Shown here: piece by piece, positions 11,635 to 25,444 of the stretch
How positions within the stretch are numbered: position 1 is the stretch's first letter
Layout of the letters: every line of letters starts with the position of its first letter
DNA from: Ranitomeya imitator
Taxonomy: Eukaryota
DNA length: 64,000 bases
Direction: 5' to 3'
NCBI RefSeq assembly: GCF_032444005.1
Contig: NC_091291.1
Location: 101,060,001 to 101,124,000, forward strand
Position numbers and translations under genes: made by a program
Notes under the pieces: model-generated
The model's input: the letters and a program-made list of their open reading frames with translations, nothing else
Database searches by the model: none
What the model was told of the DNA's origin: nothing

Positions 11635-12864
11635 CCCCCGGCCACAAGATGGGACCTGCACCAATCACACATTGCTCAGGATGGGATTAACTAGCTGGAA
11701 TATTTATTGATTTATTGATAAAATCCACTTAAAAACAAAATTGCAGCACCCACTATGGCATTACACAATGTCACACACATTACCTATACAGCACATAAAT
11801 AAACGTTCTGACACGATAACTTGGGTGGATAAAATTGGCCACGGCCTTTAAAATTTATAATCATACAAATGCAAAATATCCATATCCAGCAGTTTGCTAC
11901 TAATAACTGCAGCTTAGCAAAAGCTCAAACCTGATAACCAAAAACCTTCTGTTCATTCAGATACCTGAAACCTCCAAGGCTGTGATAATTAACAAGGGAG
12001 GGAGGGCAGGACAGCTTTGCCAGGTAGGAGATACTGGGGGTCAAACACAGACCCCCTAGTGACACCATCCTTTTATCCATCGACCGTTCTTTGTGGATGA
12101 AAATCTGACATTTTTTGGTGTGAACTATGCATATAAGTTTTATATAGGACCCCCCTACGCTCGATAGATCATATGTACTTTGGCTGCAAACAGTTGTCAT
12201 GGCGGCCATGTTCGGCCCTCTCAGGCAGGCGGCCTTCACCTCAGACATTTTACAAGCTCCTGTCTGTGAAGGGAGCCTGACGTGTGCCTGTGAATTACAA
12301 CTCCCATCATCAAAGCCAGGAAGTGTGCCTTTAATAGTCAGCACATGGAGGAACCTGGCATTGAACATGAAAAAAACTCACTCACAATAAGAGCTCATAA
12401 CAACAAATCTGATAGACCAGATAGAGACTGAACGGGAACAGCGTGTGAGGTAAATGTATAGCACAAAGTGTTAGCAGAAGATGTGTCATTTTCAGTCACA
12501 TTACTAGTGTCTAATAATCCCAAACATCTCATTATTCTGGACCCATCAATCCCAGATTTAATACATTTTGTTGTTTTCAAGGGGTTATTGTAATACAAAG
12601 GACATTTTTCACACTTCCAAGGATAGGCGTAATTGTGTGACTGTGTGATCACTAGGGTCCCATTTCTCCCACTCCCACCAGTCATTAGAACAGCGGTCTC
12701 CAGCCCCGGTCGTGCAGTAAGGGTTCACTCACGCTGGCTTCGATTCTCTCATGCGAGCGCATCGGGCCGATTATACCAATGTCACTCTGATCAAACTCTG
12801 TCCGACCTATTGATCTTAACAGCTCATTTACATATTAAGAAAAACATGGATTCCTTACGAATAA

Positions 12865-13173
12865 GGCCGGGCTCACACTGCGTTAAACAGCAGCCCGTTC
12901 AACATACGCTAACGGGCTGCTGTCAATGCAAGTGCCGGTATATGCAGAGCGCTAGCGCAGATAGAGCATCTGCTAGCTAAATCTGCGCTAGCAGTGACGG
13001 ACCCGGAAACGCTGCAGCCCGTGTCTCAGGGTCCGTCACTCAATGACGGCACATCGCTAGCACACGCCCATTGGGGATAATGCCTGCGTTAGACGGACTA
13101 CATTACACCGCGTTTATGCCGCGGTGTAACGTAGTCCGTCTAACGGACGCCACAACGTAATGTGAACCCAGCC
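12865..13173. mobile_element. PIF/Harbinger (Tourist-like) MITE
   Basis: TAA on both flanks; TIR GGC(C/T)GGG(C/T)TCACA. Confidence 0.75.
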
Positions 13174-14100
13174 TAAGATATCAGATCACAGATATTAAGG
13201 TATATTTTTATTAATCTTTCTATGACCTGCATGCTCATATAGACGGCTTATGGGGGTTGATCCTACTGACAGATCCCCTTTAAAGTTCCTGGGCTCAAAT
13301 GCAAAATGTGTAACACAATAAATCTCTCCCAATTCCCTCATTCACAAGAACGCTCAGCTTATGCTACATTCTCTAAAAAGTGCCTTCCTTAAACCAGAGG
13401 CTCCCTTACCAGGATAGACACCGGTTCAATTGATCCACGTTTCCCACCATTAAGAAATCTTAAACAGTAACCAGGGATGTAGCTACCGCAGTCGTAGCGA
13501 TCACCTCAGGACCCGGAGGATGAAAGGCCTGCCGACACCTGCAAATAGTTTCGCTGGATGCGTGTCCTTGTATGCACATACAGCGGAAGTCTGTTGCAAT
13601 GCAAAGACCCATTGGGTCCGTGCGAGGTAATATACGCTGCCGGTCATTCAGAGGCCAACATCTTACATTGGCATGTACATGACTGGGGGCGTATAGCAGT
13701 GTTTTTATGCGCTCCTGTCACTTGCACAACCCATAGTCCTCCATATAGTATAATGCACAGCCCATAGTCATCCGGGCCACCAATACACCTTAAAGGGCAC
13801 TGTGGTGCTGAATGGAGGTGGTGGAACGTAAAGGAAGCCCGGAGGCAGAGTTTTCTTCCAGGTTCTGTATTTTCCAGAGCCTGAAAGAAATCATTAGCAT
13901 AAAGAAATGACGATTTCTCAACAAGATATGGGCATACAGGTATGACTAGTTTAACCATTCTATCACCTGTAAGCCCATATTAATAGTTTAAAAACTTCAC
14001 AGAGGGTGACAGATTCCCTTTAAAGTAAAATCAATTTTGGTGTAACCCTGCTTTATATGAGTCTCTCACTTTGCTCAGAGCTGTGCTTGTGACCACAATC

Positions 14101-14137
<37 letters not shown>

Positions 14138-16314
14138 TGAATGGGGGAAAACACACATAAACAACATACTGGATAGTGGTGCAGAAAAATCTGCTGCAAA
14201 TACGCACCTTATAGTTTGACATGACATAGGGCTTGTTCAGCGGAGCGTTTTATAGATATATGATCTGTCCCTGTTGAAATTGGAAAATACATAGGCAACA
14301 CGTGACCAATATTCCTGACTAGAGCAGTCCAGATGATAATTTGTCCGTATAAAAAAAAATCGCAGCGTGCACTATTCTCTTCTGTATTTCAGATGATACT
14401 CCCCTATTCAAATCTACAGGTGCGCAACAAAAAATGGGATATCGTAAGGCTCATTCTTAGTGCTTCCAATTTTTATGGATACATTTAAATTATTAACATA
14501 GGAAACGGGCAACCAGATGACGTTTAAGAAGGTGGACTGCTGATGTCGAATTCCTTCACCTGAAGACACAAATCGCGTTATTGTAATGTCATATGAACTG
14601 TTTTGTGTAATGTGAATGGTGTAATACGTTAATGATGTGTTTAATTTCACCATGGCAATAGTGAGAGTTAATATATATGTTGATATGTGCTGTGATGTGA
14701 AGCAGTATAATATCCTACATTATTAATGATGTTCTGCCCAGCAACAGGTAGCTGAAACAGACAGTGAGAGTTAATAATTGGGACTAGCCCACGGTGGGAG
14801 GGTCTAGTTTAAGGGAAAGTGATTGTTTTCTGTTACGAAGACTGATAGGGCCTAGAATGCATAGTTAGTGGACGTATAGGTCCAAGGCGAGCAGTGCCGC
14901 ATTCTGGGGTGACCCTAAGTGAAAGGAGACAGAAGAGAAGGGATATCGAGATCCAGATGACATGTGACTAACAGACAGAGTGGCCTTCTGGAGACGGGTC
15001 CTAGGAGAGGATGCCTAGCCGTGAGATCCTGAATTTATAATGCTGGAAGGTAATGGACTGAGTACATGGGACTAGTAAAGGGTCGCGAGCGAGTGTTCTA
15101 GAGCGCCAGAAAGAAAAATAGGAGCACGGAACAGCAGAACAAGTTGATAACACTTGCTGATCAGGACTGTAGAGTTAAAGCTGGGTTATGGTGACGTTGG
15201 GAAAATCAGTGTACTCGTACATAGAGAGCCCTGGAGAAAACTACAGAGGAAAGAAAACGTGTGGAAAATGCTTCAAGTTGTAAAGGAAACACTCATAAGA
15301 CTATATGCCTGCTATCTCTTGTATAGAATCCTTATCAAGTTGCAGTTCAGTAAAATGTGTTGGTCTACCTCATTGAACTGTGAAACATCTGGTCCTGGCC
15401 AGACCACAACGTCGGCTGCCTGTGGCCTGCACGGCACTAGTCCACACACCCAGCCAGGACCTCCACTTTCATGTAACATGTCAGGGCACCACAGACGAGT
15501 GTCTCGCTCACGGCCATCGCTCTGCGCCACGTTATAGACACACGGATGAAATACGGATGACAATATGGATGAAAATCGGATGATTTTTCATACCCTCGTC
15601 TGAATTCGGCCTTATAACAATGCCCATTAGCATTCGGCTGCCAGTCTCGTACATGTTCTTGCCGACTATACATAAGCGCTGATGTCATGTCCTTAGCGAT
15701 GACATGTCAAGTGACCAAGTATTTTGCAATTGTTTGTGCACCAGAGGCAACCTTCTTAAAATAAGGCAAATAGCTCAAACTTTATATACCCTGGGGCCGC
15801 CCATTTTGCACATCGATTTAATCATTTATAGTTAAATATATGAAGAAAACTAACAAATAAAAACCCGAGAAAGTACAGTAAAACAAGCCATGAGTCCTAG
15901 GACAATACAGGACGTTGCTTGGGTAAAGCGTGGCCACCATTCCCCACGGGTCTCCGGACAGAGATGTTATTTCTGTCATCACAATGTAAATGTTCCCTCA
16001 ATGAATTTGTTGAAATTTCCCACAGATCGCGGCCCGTAGAGAACAATAGACGTGTGTCTGACTGAACTGCGCGGCTCAACAAAGCAACAGCTGGAGACAG
16101 GGTCACCCAACTCATGAAAGGCCTCGATGTGGGAACAGAGCGCTGGAAACGCGCAGTAAATGTGACCCTCCTCACAAGCTAAGCACAATTTAATAGTAAG
16201 TGACACATTCCATTTCTGGGAACTGTCCCTGAGCCCGTTCCAGGAGGACAAAGCAGGGACCATTACCTCATTGCGTCATCTCCCCCATGATTTATCAACA
16301 CGGGCAAGAATTAA

Positions 16315-16957
16315 AGGGGTCTTCCAGTCTTTTGGAGAAAAAAAAGCCGTCTTACAATATAATTTTGTTCTTAATATAAATATTTTTTCAAGATCTCTGC
16401 TTGCCATCGAATCGAAACGTGTCTAGGTCAAGTCCGGTTCACACAACTGCGACTTGTTACATCGTATCACCTTTCCGAAAAGCAGATATAGCTAAAAAAT
16501 GGCAAAATAAAATTTAGTTTGAACCCCATAAAAATGAATGACTTTTTTTCCAATGGCTATTTTTTTGTTCTTTTTTAGTTAAAAGGGGTTTTAAGGTTTC
16601 AGAAAACCCCTATTCCTAAAAACAAACAAACTGAGCTTTACTCACCCTTGCCGGATTCAGAGTTGAGTCTCTGTCCCTGTTCCTGGTTATTGTTTTCGTC
16701 TGCAGCATTGAAGTCACGTCAGAAGCGCTGCAGCCAATCAGTGTGCTCAGAAGTTGCAGCATTTTCAACGTGACATCGGTGCTGCAGATGATAACAGACA
16801 CTGGAAACAGTGACAGAGACTCAGAATTGAACCTGGGGAAGGTGAGTAAAGCACAGTTTAAAAAAAAAACTGCAGACAGTGGACAGTGGTTTTCCAAAAC
16901 TAGAAAACCATTTACAGTTCACAAATATTAATATTATACATATCCCAGACAACCCCT
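16315..16957. mobile_element. T2/Kolobok-type MITE(s) with internal inverted repeats
   Basis: TTAA flanks, AGGGGT...ACCCCT termini. Confidence 0.6.
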
Positions 16958-19038
16958 TTAACTCCCCAGTAATGCAATGGAAAAAATGTATTGAATATTT
17001 TTGGGGTGAATATTATGCAGCACAGACGTTCTGCCCTATTTTAGAATGAATTCATTTTTGTTTCTGTCTGACTTCATCACATTCCTGCATGGAAAGAGTC
17101 CGCAGCCAGGCTGGGTGGTCCTGTATATAATTCTCCGGGGACTGGAATTCATCATATAATCTCATTCATTTACAGCCGGTGACTGGGAAACTCTTGTATC
17201 AATGGCCATTTACCACTGAACACTCTGAGAACAGTTAATTGAATGAAGCGGCCATTGTTCCTTCTTGCCTAGAACTCTCCGCCACTTGTAGATATCTCCT
17301 CCTTCTTACAAGATTAATTCAAAATGACAATTATCTGCAGAAAACAGCAAAAATTAACTGTACGCCGCCTCGTAGGTAAGTGCAAAAAAATTAGGTTGAC
17401 ATTGGGCACCCATGGGTGAGTGCTGCGATGTCCTTTACACTTGTAACGACAAATCATCACTAGAGTCCAAGTGTACAAACGTCGGCATAAGGAAATCCAG
17501 ATGGAGAATCCACCTTAAGAAAATATTTTATTCTTACTATAGGTGCTGAGAGCCGTAGATTCTCTCATCCGAGAGAATCGGACCGATTATGCCAATGACA
17601 CTCTGATCAGAGCATTGTGTGATCCGATTCTTGCGGACAAGAGAGGACTGAGGAGAAGATGGAGATCAAAATTTCTCCATCTTCTTCATTGTGTCAGTGC
17701 ATGAAAATCGAACTGCACTTAGATGTCATATGAATGCAGTCAGATATTTCCCACGCACTAATTGACTAGCGTGGCTGAGTGTCGGATCAAATTTGGGGAT
17801 TTAGCAATTTTTTTCCTCGTCTAGAATCTTTCCAAAGAAAAAAATCAGAGATGGGCATGGCCCCAGAGAATACCATTGCTCTGAGTGCTATCCGATGTTT
17901 TGTTTGATCGCCCTCGGACCAATAATACGGCCTTTTGAAAGAGCGCTAAGGTAAGTTTCACAACTCCGACATTCACGGCTCAAGCATGGACTGAAACGTA
18001 TGGAGACTGCTGTGTTCCGGCCAGGAGTCCTGCGGCACATCACCTCTGCTTGTTGTCATTTCACAGGAATCTTCATTATGTCAAGTGGGTAATTAATAAT
18101 CTATCGTGGTCGAATCATGGACTCAGAGATACACAACTCTTTACTGTATATTTATCCAAGCTGCATCCGTCAAGCAACCAAAATACATTTATTGAATCCC
18201 CTGTTAGAATTATTATTATTATTTATTATGCCTTTCTTATATAGCACCATTATATTCTGCAGCGCTTATCATCACTGTCCCTATTGAGGCTCACAATCTA
18301 AATAGAATTTCCAATATTCTATGGCAGCAATGCAGTTCCAATGTTCTAAAGTTATGATTCTTAGCAATTCAGGGTGTAAATTAATCTTCTTCTATAGTCA
18401 TTTGGCACCTGTTCACACTAGTTTTTGGATATGCTGATCATTTTCTTCTATTTGTAATATAAATTATCCCTATCAGTGCACCAGTGAGGAAACCAATGCA
18501 GATACAGGGAAAACATACCTTGCAGATGTTGTTCTTGGTGGGATTTGAGCCCAGAACCCCAGCGCGACATCAACAGTGCTAACCACTGAGCCACCGTGCT
18601 GCCCGATCCCCTAGATGTAAGCAACGAAAATCCCCATTGAGTGACAGCAAGCAGAGATCTTCAAATAAAAACTGAAACACAAAGTATATTGGAAAAATTA
18701 TAATAATAATAATAATATTAAAAACATTGTGACATCTTCCATGAAATAAAATATTGTTTCTAGAAGATTAATTTGGTAATTTGTGAAACCATATGGTATC
18801 TCACTGAGTCCAGACCGTTGACTCTGTGTGCCGCAAAACAGACACTATCGCGTGCGTGAGGCTCAATGGTCAAAGTGACTATAAGGTAGGAGCAGGTAAA
18901 CAACACAGTAACATGTCGAGTGTCCCAGTCCCTTGTCCCAGTCCCTTGACTTTTCCCATTTGTCAATGAAACTTGATGAAAGCACTGGTTACCTTGACCC
19001 CTAAGTAGAAAGCACTTGCTGGGAGCAGTGATGCCCGG

Positions 19039-19160
19039 CAGGTGTCAGCCCATGGGGCAGCGGCTGCTCGGACATGCTTCTTGGCAGTACTGTGTGAGTT
19101 TGAGTTTGCTAAGTTTTCCCACACTGTTTTCCATTGAAAGTATTCATCCTGAGCACAATG
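19039..19160. promoter_or_regulatory. Candidate Notch-responsive enhancer: E-box CAGGTG, TGTGAGTT-N15-TTCCCACA pair, Sox-like ACAATG
   Basis: Motif cluster in apparently non-repetitive DNA; function unproven. Confidence 0.35.
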
Positions 19161-19385
19161 GAAGTGTGCCGCTCCCCATTCATCATGGGGGATCTGACCT
19201 CACTGGGTGCTAAGCTGTAATTCTGCTCTATAGACCATCTGGAGGCCGGGTCACCTTTACATGTTCCTCATGATCTCACAACCTAAGAATTTACATGAAT
19301 AAATGGTCTGTCCAAAAAAAAAAAAAGTATTATGAAATCGAGTGACACATAAATGGCTTGACTCCTTCACCCTTTTTGCGATATA

Positions 19386-20931
19386 CAGGTGCTTCTCACA
19401 AAATTAGAATATCGTCAAAAAGTTAATTTATTTCAGTTCTTCAATACAAAAAGTGAATCTCATATATTATATATAGTCTTTACAAACAGAGTGTTCTATT
19501 TCAAGTGTTTATTTATGTTAATGTTGAGGATTATGGCTTACAGCCAATGAAAACCCAAAAGTCATTATCTCAGTAAATTAGAATACTTTATAACACCAGA
19601 TTGAAAAATGATTTTAAAATCTGAAATGTTGGCCTACTGAAATGTATGTACAATAAATGCACTCAATACTTGGTCGGGGCTCCTTTGGCATCAATTACTG
19701 CATCACTGCGGTGTGGCATGGAGGCGATCATCCTGTGGCACTGCTGAGGGTTTATGGAAGCCCAGGTTGCTTTGATAGCAGCCTTCAGCTCGTCTGCATT
19801 GTTGGGTCTGGTGTCTCTCAGCTTCCTCTTGACAATACCCCATTAATTCTCTATGGGGTTAAGGTCAGGTGAGATTGCTGGCCAATCAAGCACAGCGATA
19901 CTGTTGTTTATAAACCAGGTATTGGTACTTTTGCCAGTGTGCCAAGTCCTGCTGGAGAATGAAATTTCCATCTCCAAAAAGCTTGTCGGCAGAGGGAAGC
20001 ATGAAGTGCTGTAAAATTTCCTGGTAGATGGCTGCGCTGACGTTGGTCTTGATAAAACACAGTGGACCTACACCAACAGATGACATGGCTCCCCAAACCA
20101 TTACTGATTGTGGAAACTTCACACTAGACCTCCAGCAGCTTGGATTGTGGCCTCTCCACTCTTCATCCAGACTCTGGGACCTTGATTCCCAAATGAAATG
20201 CAAAATTTACTTTCATCTGAAAACAACACCTTGGACCACTGAGCAACAGTCCAGTTCTTTTCTCCTTGGCCCAGATAAGACACTTCTGGCGTTGTCTATT
20301 GGTCATGAGTGGCTGACACAAGGAATGTGACACTTGTAGCCCATGTCCTGGATACGTCTGTGTGTGGTGGCTCTTGAAGCAATGACTCCAGCAGCAGTCC
20401 AGTCCTCGTGAATCTCCCCCAAATTTTTGAACGGCCTTTTCATAACAATCCTTTCAAGGCTGCGGTTATCCCGGTTGCTTCTGCACCTTTTTCTACCACA
20501 CATTTTCCTTTCACTCAATTTCCCATTAATATGCTTGGACACAGCACTCTGTGAACAGTCAGCTTCTTTAGCAATGACCTTTTGTGGCTTACCCACCTTG
20601 TGGAGTGTGTCAATGACTGCCTTCTGGACATCTGTCAAATCAGCAGTCTTCCCCATGATTGTGGAGCTACTGAAACCGACTAATGTACCTTTTTAAATGC
20701 TTAGGAAGCCTTTGCATGTGTTTTTGTTAATTATTCTAATTTAATGAGATAATGACTTTTGGGTTTTCATTGGCTGTAAGCCATAATCATCAACATTAAC
20801 AGGATTAAACACTTGAAATAGATCACTCTGTGTGTAATGACTCTATATAATATATGAGATTCACTTTTTGTATTGAGGAACTAAAATAAATTAACTGTTT
20901 GATGATATTCTAATTTTGTGAAAAGCACCTG
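19386..20931 (-). mobile_element. Tc1-like DNA transposon, transposase disrupted (fragments 20303-20656 and 19886-20203)
   Basis: TA target duplication; long TIRs starting CAGGTGCTT(C/T)TCACAAAATTAGAATATC; MGKTADLTDVQKAVIDTLHK HTH and VMVWGAMS...FILQQDLAH motifs. Confidence 0.92.
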
Positions 20932-21323
20932 TATGTGCCTGGTGCTAGGATTGGGAACCCACCAAAGAAAACAAAATAAAACAATCAGCCTTGGTCACTA
21001 AGCTATTTAGACACAGGCCTAGGCTGGACAGCAATCTGCATCTTTGTTTTAATGAAAGAATAGCTACTTTGGTCAAGGAAAGAGGATGTGTCAGGACGTA
21101 CCGGTACCATCTTACATCTAAATATATATGCACATATATAAATAGCCTTATAGAGGTCTAGTTGGTTAGGTAAAAATGCCTCTTCTGTAAGAGACACTTC
21201 GAAAACTGCTCGGAGTAGATGATTACTAAAGTACTGGCACAAGACTGATATTTGATAGATTTATGCCTAGAAAGGGATAATCGCGTTGTATTTTTAACTG
21301 TTAATTTTTTGTACCTACGTATA

Positions 21324-21908
21324 GGCCTCTTTCACACATCCTTTATTTAGAATCAGTCAGTGTTGAAAAGACGGATCCTGTGCCGATTGTAAAAAACTGA
21401 TGTGCTGGATCCGTTTTTTTTACGGATCTGTCGAAGTAGCTGCAGCCGGAATTTAAAGAAACACAATTCGGGGGGAGAAAGAGAGAGAGATTTTTTTTCT
21501 CCCTGCATGGAAAAATGGGTTAAATTAAAGGAATAGAAATTCTTCCGGGCATGTTCAGTTTCAAAAAACGGAATCCGTCACTGGATTCTGTCTTCTAACG
21601 GACAGCAATGGATCCTGTGCCCATAGGCTTCCATTATAGCCAACGACAGACGGCGCAGGATCCGTCGCTGTCCGACTTTTCGACTACACAAAAAACGTTC
21701 CTAGGTCTGTTGTGTCTGGCCGACGGACAACGACTTTATGACGGATCCGTCAAACGACGAATTAAGCGGATGGCCATCCGTCACAATCCATAGCTAATAC
21801 AAGTCTATGGGAAAAAACCGGATCCAGAAGCAACATTTGCTGGATCCGTTTTTTTCTAAAAACAACGGATTGTGACTGATTCTAAAAAGCGGATGTGTGA
21901 ACGAGTCC
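21324..21908. mobile_element. PIF/Harbinger-type MITE
   Basis: TIR GG(C/A)CTC(T/G)TTCACACATCC; ATA and TTA flanks; internal GGATCCG repeats. Confidence 0.7.
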
Positions 21909-22029
21909 TTAGTCTGTGTTATTGAGAGGAACTGCTGTCATTGTATTTGTTACTTTTACGCTGTTTGCCTACCATCCTTTCCCTTGTTTATAAACTGTTT
22001 AGTAAATATTTCTATTATATTATCTAATA

Positions 22030-23680
22030 CAGTTAGGGCCAGAAATATTTGGACAGTGACACAAGTTTTGTTATTTTAGCTGTTTACAAAAACATGTTCA
22101 GAAATACAATTATATATATAATATGTGCTGAAAGTGCACACTCCCAGCTGCAATATGATAGTTTCCACATCCAAATCGGAGAAAGGGTTTAGGAATCATA
22201 GCTCTGTAATGCATAGCGTCCTCTTTTTCAAGGGACCAAAAGTAATTGGACAATGGACTCTAAGGGCTGCAATTAACTCTGAAGGCGTCTCCCTCGTTAA
22301 CCTGTAATCAATGAAGTAGTTAAAAGGTCGGGTGGATTCCAGGTGTGTGGTTTTGCATTTGGAAGCTGTTGCTGTGAGCAGACAACATGCGGTCAAAGGA
22401 ACTCTCAATTGAGGTGAAGCAGAACATCCTGAGGCTGAAAAAAAAAGAAAAAATCCATCAGAGAGATAGCAGACATGCTTGGAGTAGCAAAATCAACAGT
22501 TGGGTACATTCTGAGAAAAAAGGAATTGACTGGTGAGCTTGGGAACTCAAAAAGGCCTGGGCGTCCACGGATGACAACAGTGGTGGATGATCGCCGCATA
22601 CTTAATTTGGTGAAGAAGAACCCGTTCACAACATCAACTGAAGTCCAGAACACTCTCAGTGAAGTAGGTGTATCTGTCTCTAAGTCAACAGTAAAGAGAA
22701 AACTCCATGACAGTAAATACAAAGGGTTCACATCTAGATGCAAACCATTCATCAATACCAAAAATAGACAGGCCAGAGTTAAATTTGCAGAAAAACACCT
22801 CAAGAAGCCAGCTCAGTTCTGGAAAAGTATTCTATGGACAGATGAGACAAAGATCAACCTGTACCAGAATGATGGGAAGAAAAAAGTTTGGAGAAGAAAG
22901 GGAACGGCACATGATCCAAGGCACACCACATCGTCTGTAAAACATGGTGGAGGCAACGTGATGGCATGGGCATGCATGGCTTTCAATGGCACTGGGTCAC
23001 TTGTGTTTATTGATGACATAAGAGCAGACAAGAGTAGCCGGATGAATTCTGAAGTGTACCGGGATATACTTTCAGCCCAGATTCAGCCAAATGCTGCAAA
23101 GTTGATTGGACGGCGCTTCATAGTACAGATGGACAATGACCCCAAGCATACAGCCAAAGCTACCCAGGAGTTCATGAGTGCCAAAAAGTGGAACATTCTG
23201 CAATGGCCAAGTCAATCTCCAGATCTAAACCCAATTGAGCATGCATTTCACTTGCTCAAATCCAGACTTAAGACGGAAAGACCCACAAACAAGCAAGACC
23301 TGAAGGCTGCGGCTGTAAAGGCCTGGCAAAGCATTAAGAAGGAGGAAACCCAGCGTTTGGTGATGTCCATGGGTTCCAGACTTAAGGCAGTGATTGCCTC
23401 CAAAGGATTTGCAACAAAATATTGAAAATCAAAATATTTTGTTTGGGTTATGTTTATTTGTCCAATTACTTTTGACCTCCTAAAATGTGGAGTGTTTGTA
23501 AAGAAATGTGTACAATTCCTACATTTTCTATCAGATATTTTTGTTCAACCCTTCAAATTAAACGTTACAATCTGCACTTGAATTCTGTTGTAGAGGTTTC
23601 ATTTCAAATCCAATGTGGTGGCATGCAGAGCCCAACTCGCGGAAATTGTGTCACTGTCCAAATATTTCTGGCCCTAACTG
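22030..23680 (+). mobile_element. Young full-length Tc1 element
   Basis: TA TSD; TIR CAGTTAGGGCCAGAAATATTTGGACAGTGACAC at both ends. Confidence 0.95.
22387..23425 (+). CDS. Tc1 DD34E transposase; one +1 frameshift in the A9 run 22438-22446, otherwise open (ORF 22475-23425)
   Basis: WTDETK, QMDNDPKH, SPDLNPIE with 34 residues between the second D and E; N-terminal HTH. Confidence 0.9.
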
Positions 23681-23899
23681 TATTTGTGCGTGTCTGCTGA
23701 TTGCTGCTGCACCCCTCATCCTGTGGACGTCCCTCGTCTACGTTTCACAGATGCAAGAGAACTGACTGTTTAGGCAATGCTGTGACCATGCTCCAAAAGC
23801 TAATGGCTAAATATGCATTAGTGTGGTTCTGCAAGAGTGTGCACAGATTTTCAATAGGGAGAGGGTAAAAAGTAGCCACTACTGTAGACTCCTCTAGTA

Positions 23900-24420
23900 G
23901 AGTCCAAACCTCCTCTAGTATTACCTTCAGCACAAAAACTGTGCCCCCGTCAGAATCTTCATGGCGGAGTAGTTGCATGCAGGCTCATATCACCAAGCAC
24001 AATGCCGAGCATCGGATAGAATGATGTAAAAATCTTACCCCAGTCCCTTACTGAAGAAAGATTTGCAGCTCGTCCGACGCTCGTCAGACGCTCGTCAGAT
24101 ACTCCTGATATTCATTAAGAGGTGTGTTCCTCTTAATTAACGAAGCACCTCTGACTCCAGTATGCTCCCTCATCATGACTGGCATGAACATTGCTGCTCT
24201 TGATGAATTGGAGCCATTGTTCTTAGAGTTTGGTGTGGATGAACAGGACCAGCTGCACGGAGCTCAGTCCTCTACCCCATCCCTCACCCCCAGAACAGAG
24301 ATTTTGAACCCGACCTCTCCTCCAACATCAGTGTCTAACCTTACAAATGTTCTTCTGGATGAGCAGGCAAAGATTCCCACAAACACCTCCAAAATCTTAT
24401 AGAAAACCTTCCCAGAAGAT
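23900..24420 (+). mobile_element. Highly degenerate Tc1-like fragments
   Basis: Resemblance to Tc1 transposase DNA (CACAAAAACTGTGC, CATATCACCAAGCACAATGCC); no intact ORF. Confidence 0.45.
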
Positions 24421-24455
24421 CAGTAACTGGTACAGCTGTAAAGGGACCAACTTCA

Positions 24456-25170
24456 TATTATTATTATTATTATTATACATTTTTATAGCGCCATTTATTC
24501 CATGGGGCTTTACATGTGAATACGGGGCAAATATAGACAAATACAATAAACATGAGCAAAAAACAAGGCACACAGGTACATAAGAAGGGAGGACCCTGCC
24601 CGCGAGGGCTCACAGTCTGCAGGGGATGCGTGAGGATACACTAGGAGAGGGTAGAGCTGGTTGTTCAGTAGGTTGAGGGTCACTCAGGTTGTAGGCTTGT
24701 CAGAAGAGGTGGGTCTTCAGGTTCTTTTTGAAGGTTTCTATGGTAGGCGAGAGTCTGATGTGTTGGGGTAGAGAGTTCCAGAGTAGGGGGGAAGCACGGG
24801 AGAAGTCTTGGATGCAGTTGTGGGAAGAAGAGATAAGAGGGGAGTAGAGAAGGAGATCATGAGAGGGTTGGAGGTTGCGTGTAGGTAAGTACCGGGAGAC
24901 CATGTCACAGATGTATGCAGGAAACTGGTTGTGTATGGCTGTGTATGTCATAGTAAGGGTTTTGAACTGGAGTCTCTGGATGATAGGAAGCCAGTGAAGG
25001 GCTTGGCATAGGGGAGAGTCTGGGCAATAGCGGGGAGACAGGTAGATTAGTCAGGCAGCAGAGCGTAGGATGGATTGGAGTGGTGCCAGAGTGCTAGAGG
25101 GGAGGCCAGAGAGTAGGAGGTTGCAGTAGTCAAGGCGGGAGATGATAAGGGCATGCACTAGTGTTTTTGT
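24456..25170 (-). mobile_element. 5'-truncated, decayed L2 LINE (RT C-terminus plus (TAA)n tail)
   Basis: LVHALIISRLDYCNLLL and QDFSRASPLLWNSLP match the C-terminus of the L2 ORF at 32930-35767. Confidence 0.85.
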
Positions 25171-25444
25171 GGTGTCTATATTAATTAAAGCTTGTAATGG
25201 TGTAATGTGAGGGTGTCCCGACACTTTGTCCATATAGTGTATCTATCACATGTCTTATGCAATAGCTATAGACAGCCTCAGCCCATGTTAGCCATTTTAT
25301 AGGCATTATGCACTTGCTCAGTGGTTTCTCAAAGAGCCAGTACATAACACAACTGTTTCTGTAGGCCTCAAGGAAAATAGCATAGCAAAGCACGGTGCAA
25401 AATAACATTACAGAGCAAGGACCACAGATTACTGTCCTAGAGAT

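Larger units (their letters stand above)
9570..11675 (-). repeat. Right arm of the inverted duplication (partner 678-2885)
   Basis: Reverse complement of the left arm; outer breakpoint about 11675. Confidence 0.9.

Noticed and set aside
678-11675. Genes A and B as a false duplication from haplotype mis-scaffolding across the gap
   Set aside because: Flanks outside the arms and sequences next to the gap are not mirror images, and identity is patchy; disfavoured but not excluded without reads.
14690-15410. Possible solo LTR
   Set aside because: Purine-rich, LTR-like composition, but TG...CA termini and a TSD could not be fixed.
17090-17340. Possible conserved element or TATA-containing promoter (TATATAA, TGGGAA core)
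   Set aside because: Lacks the ATTGG-N8-RBPJ grammar and any downstream exon; too weak without conservation data.
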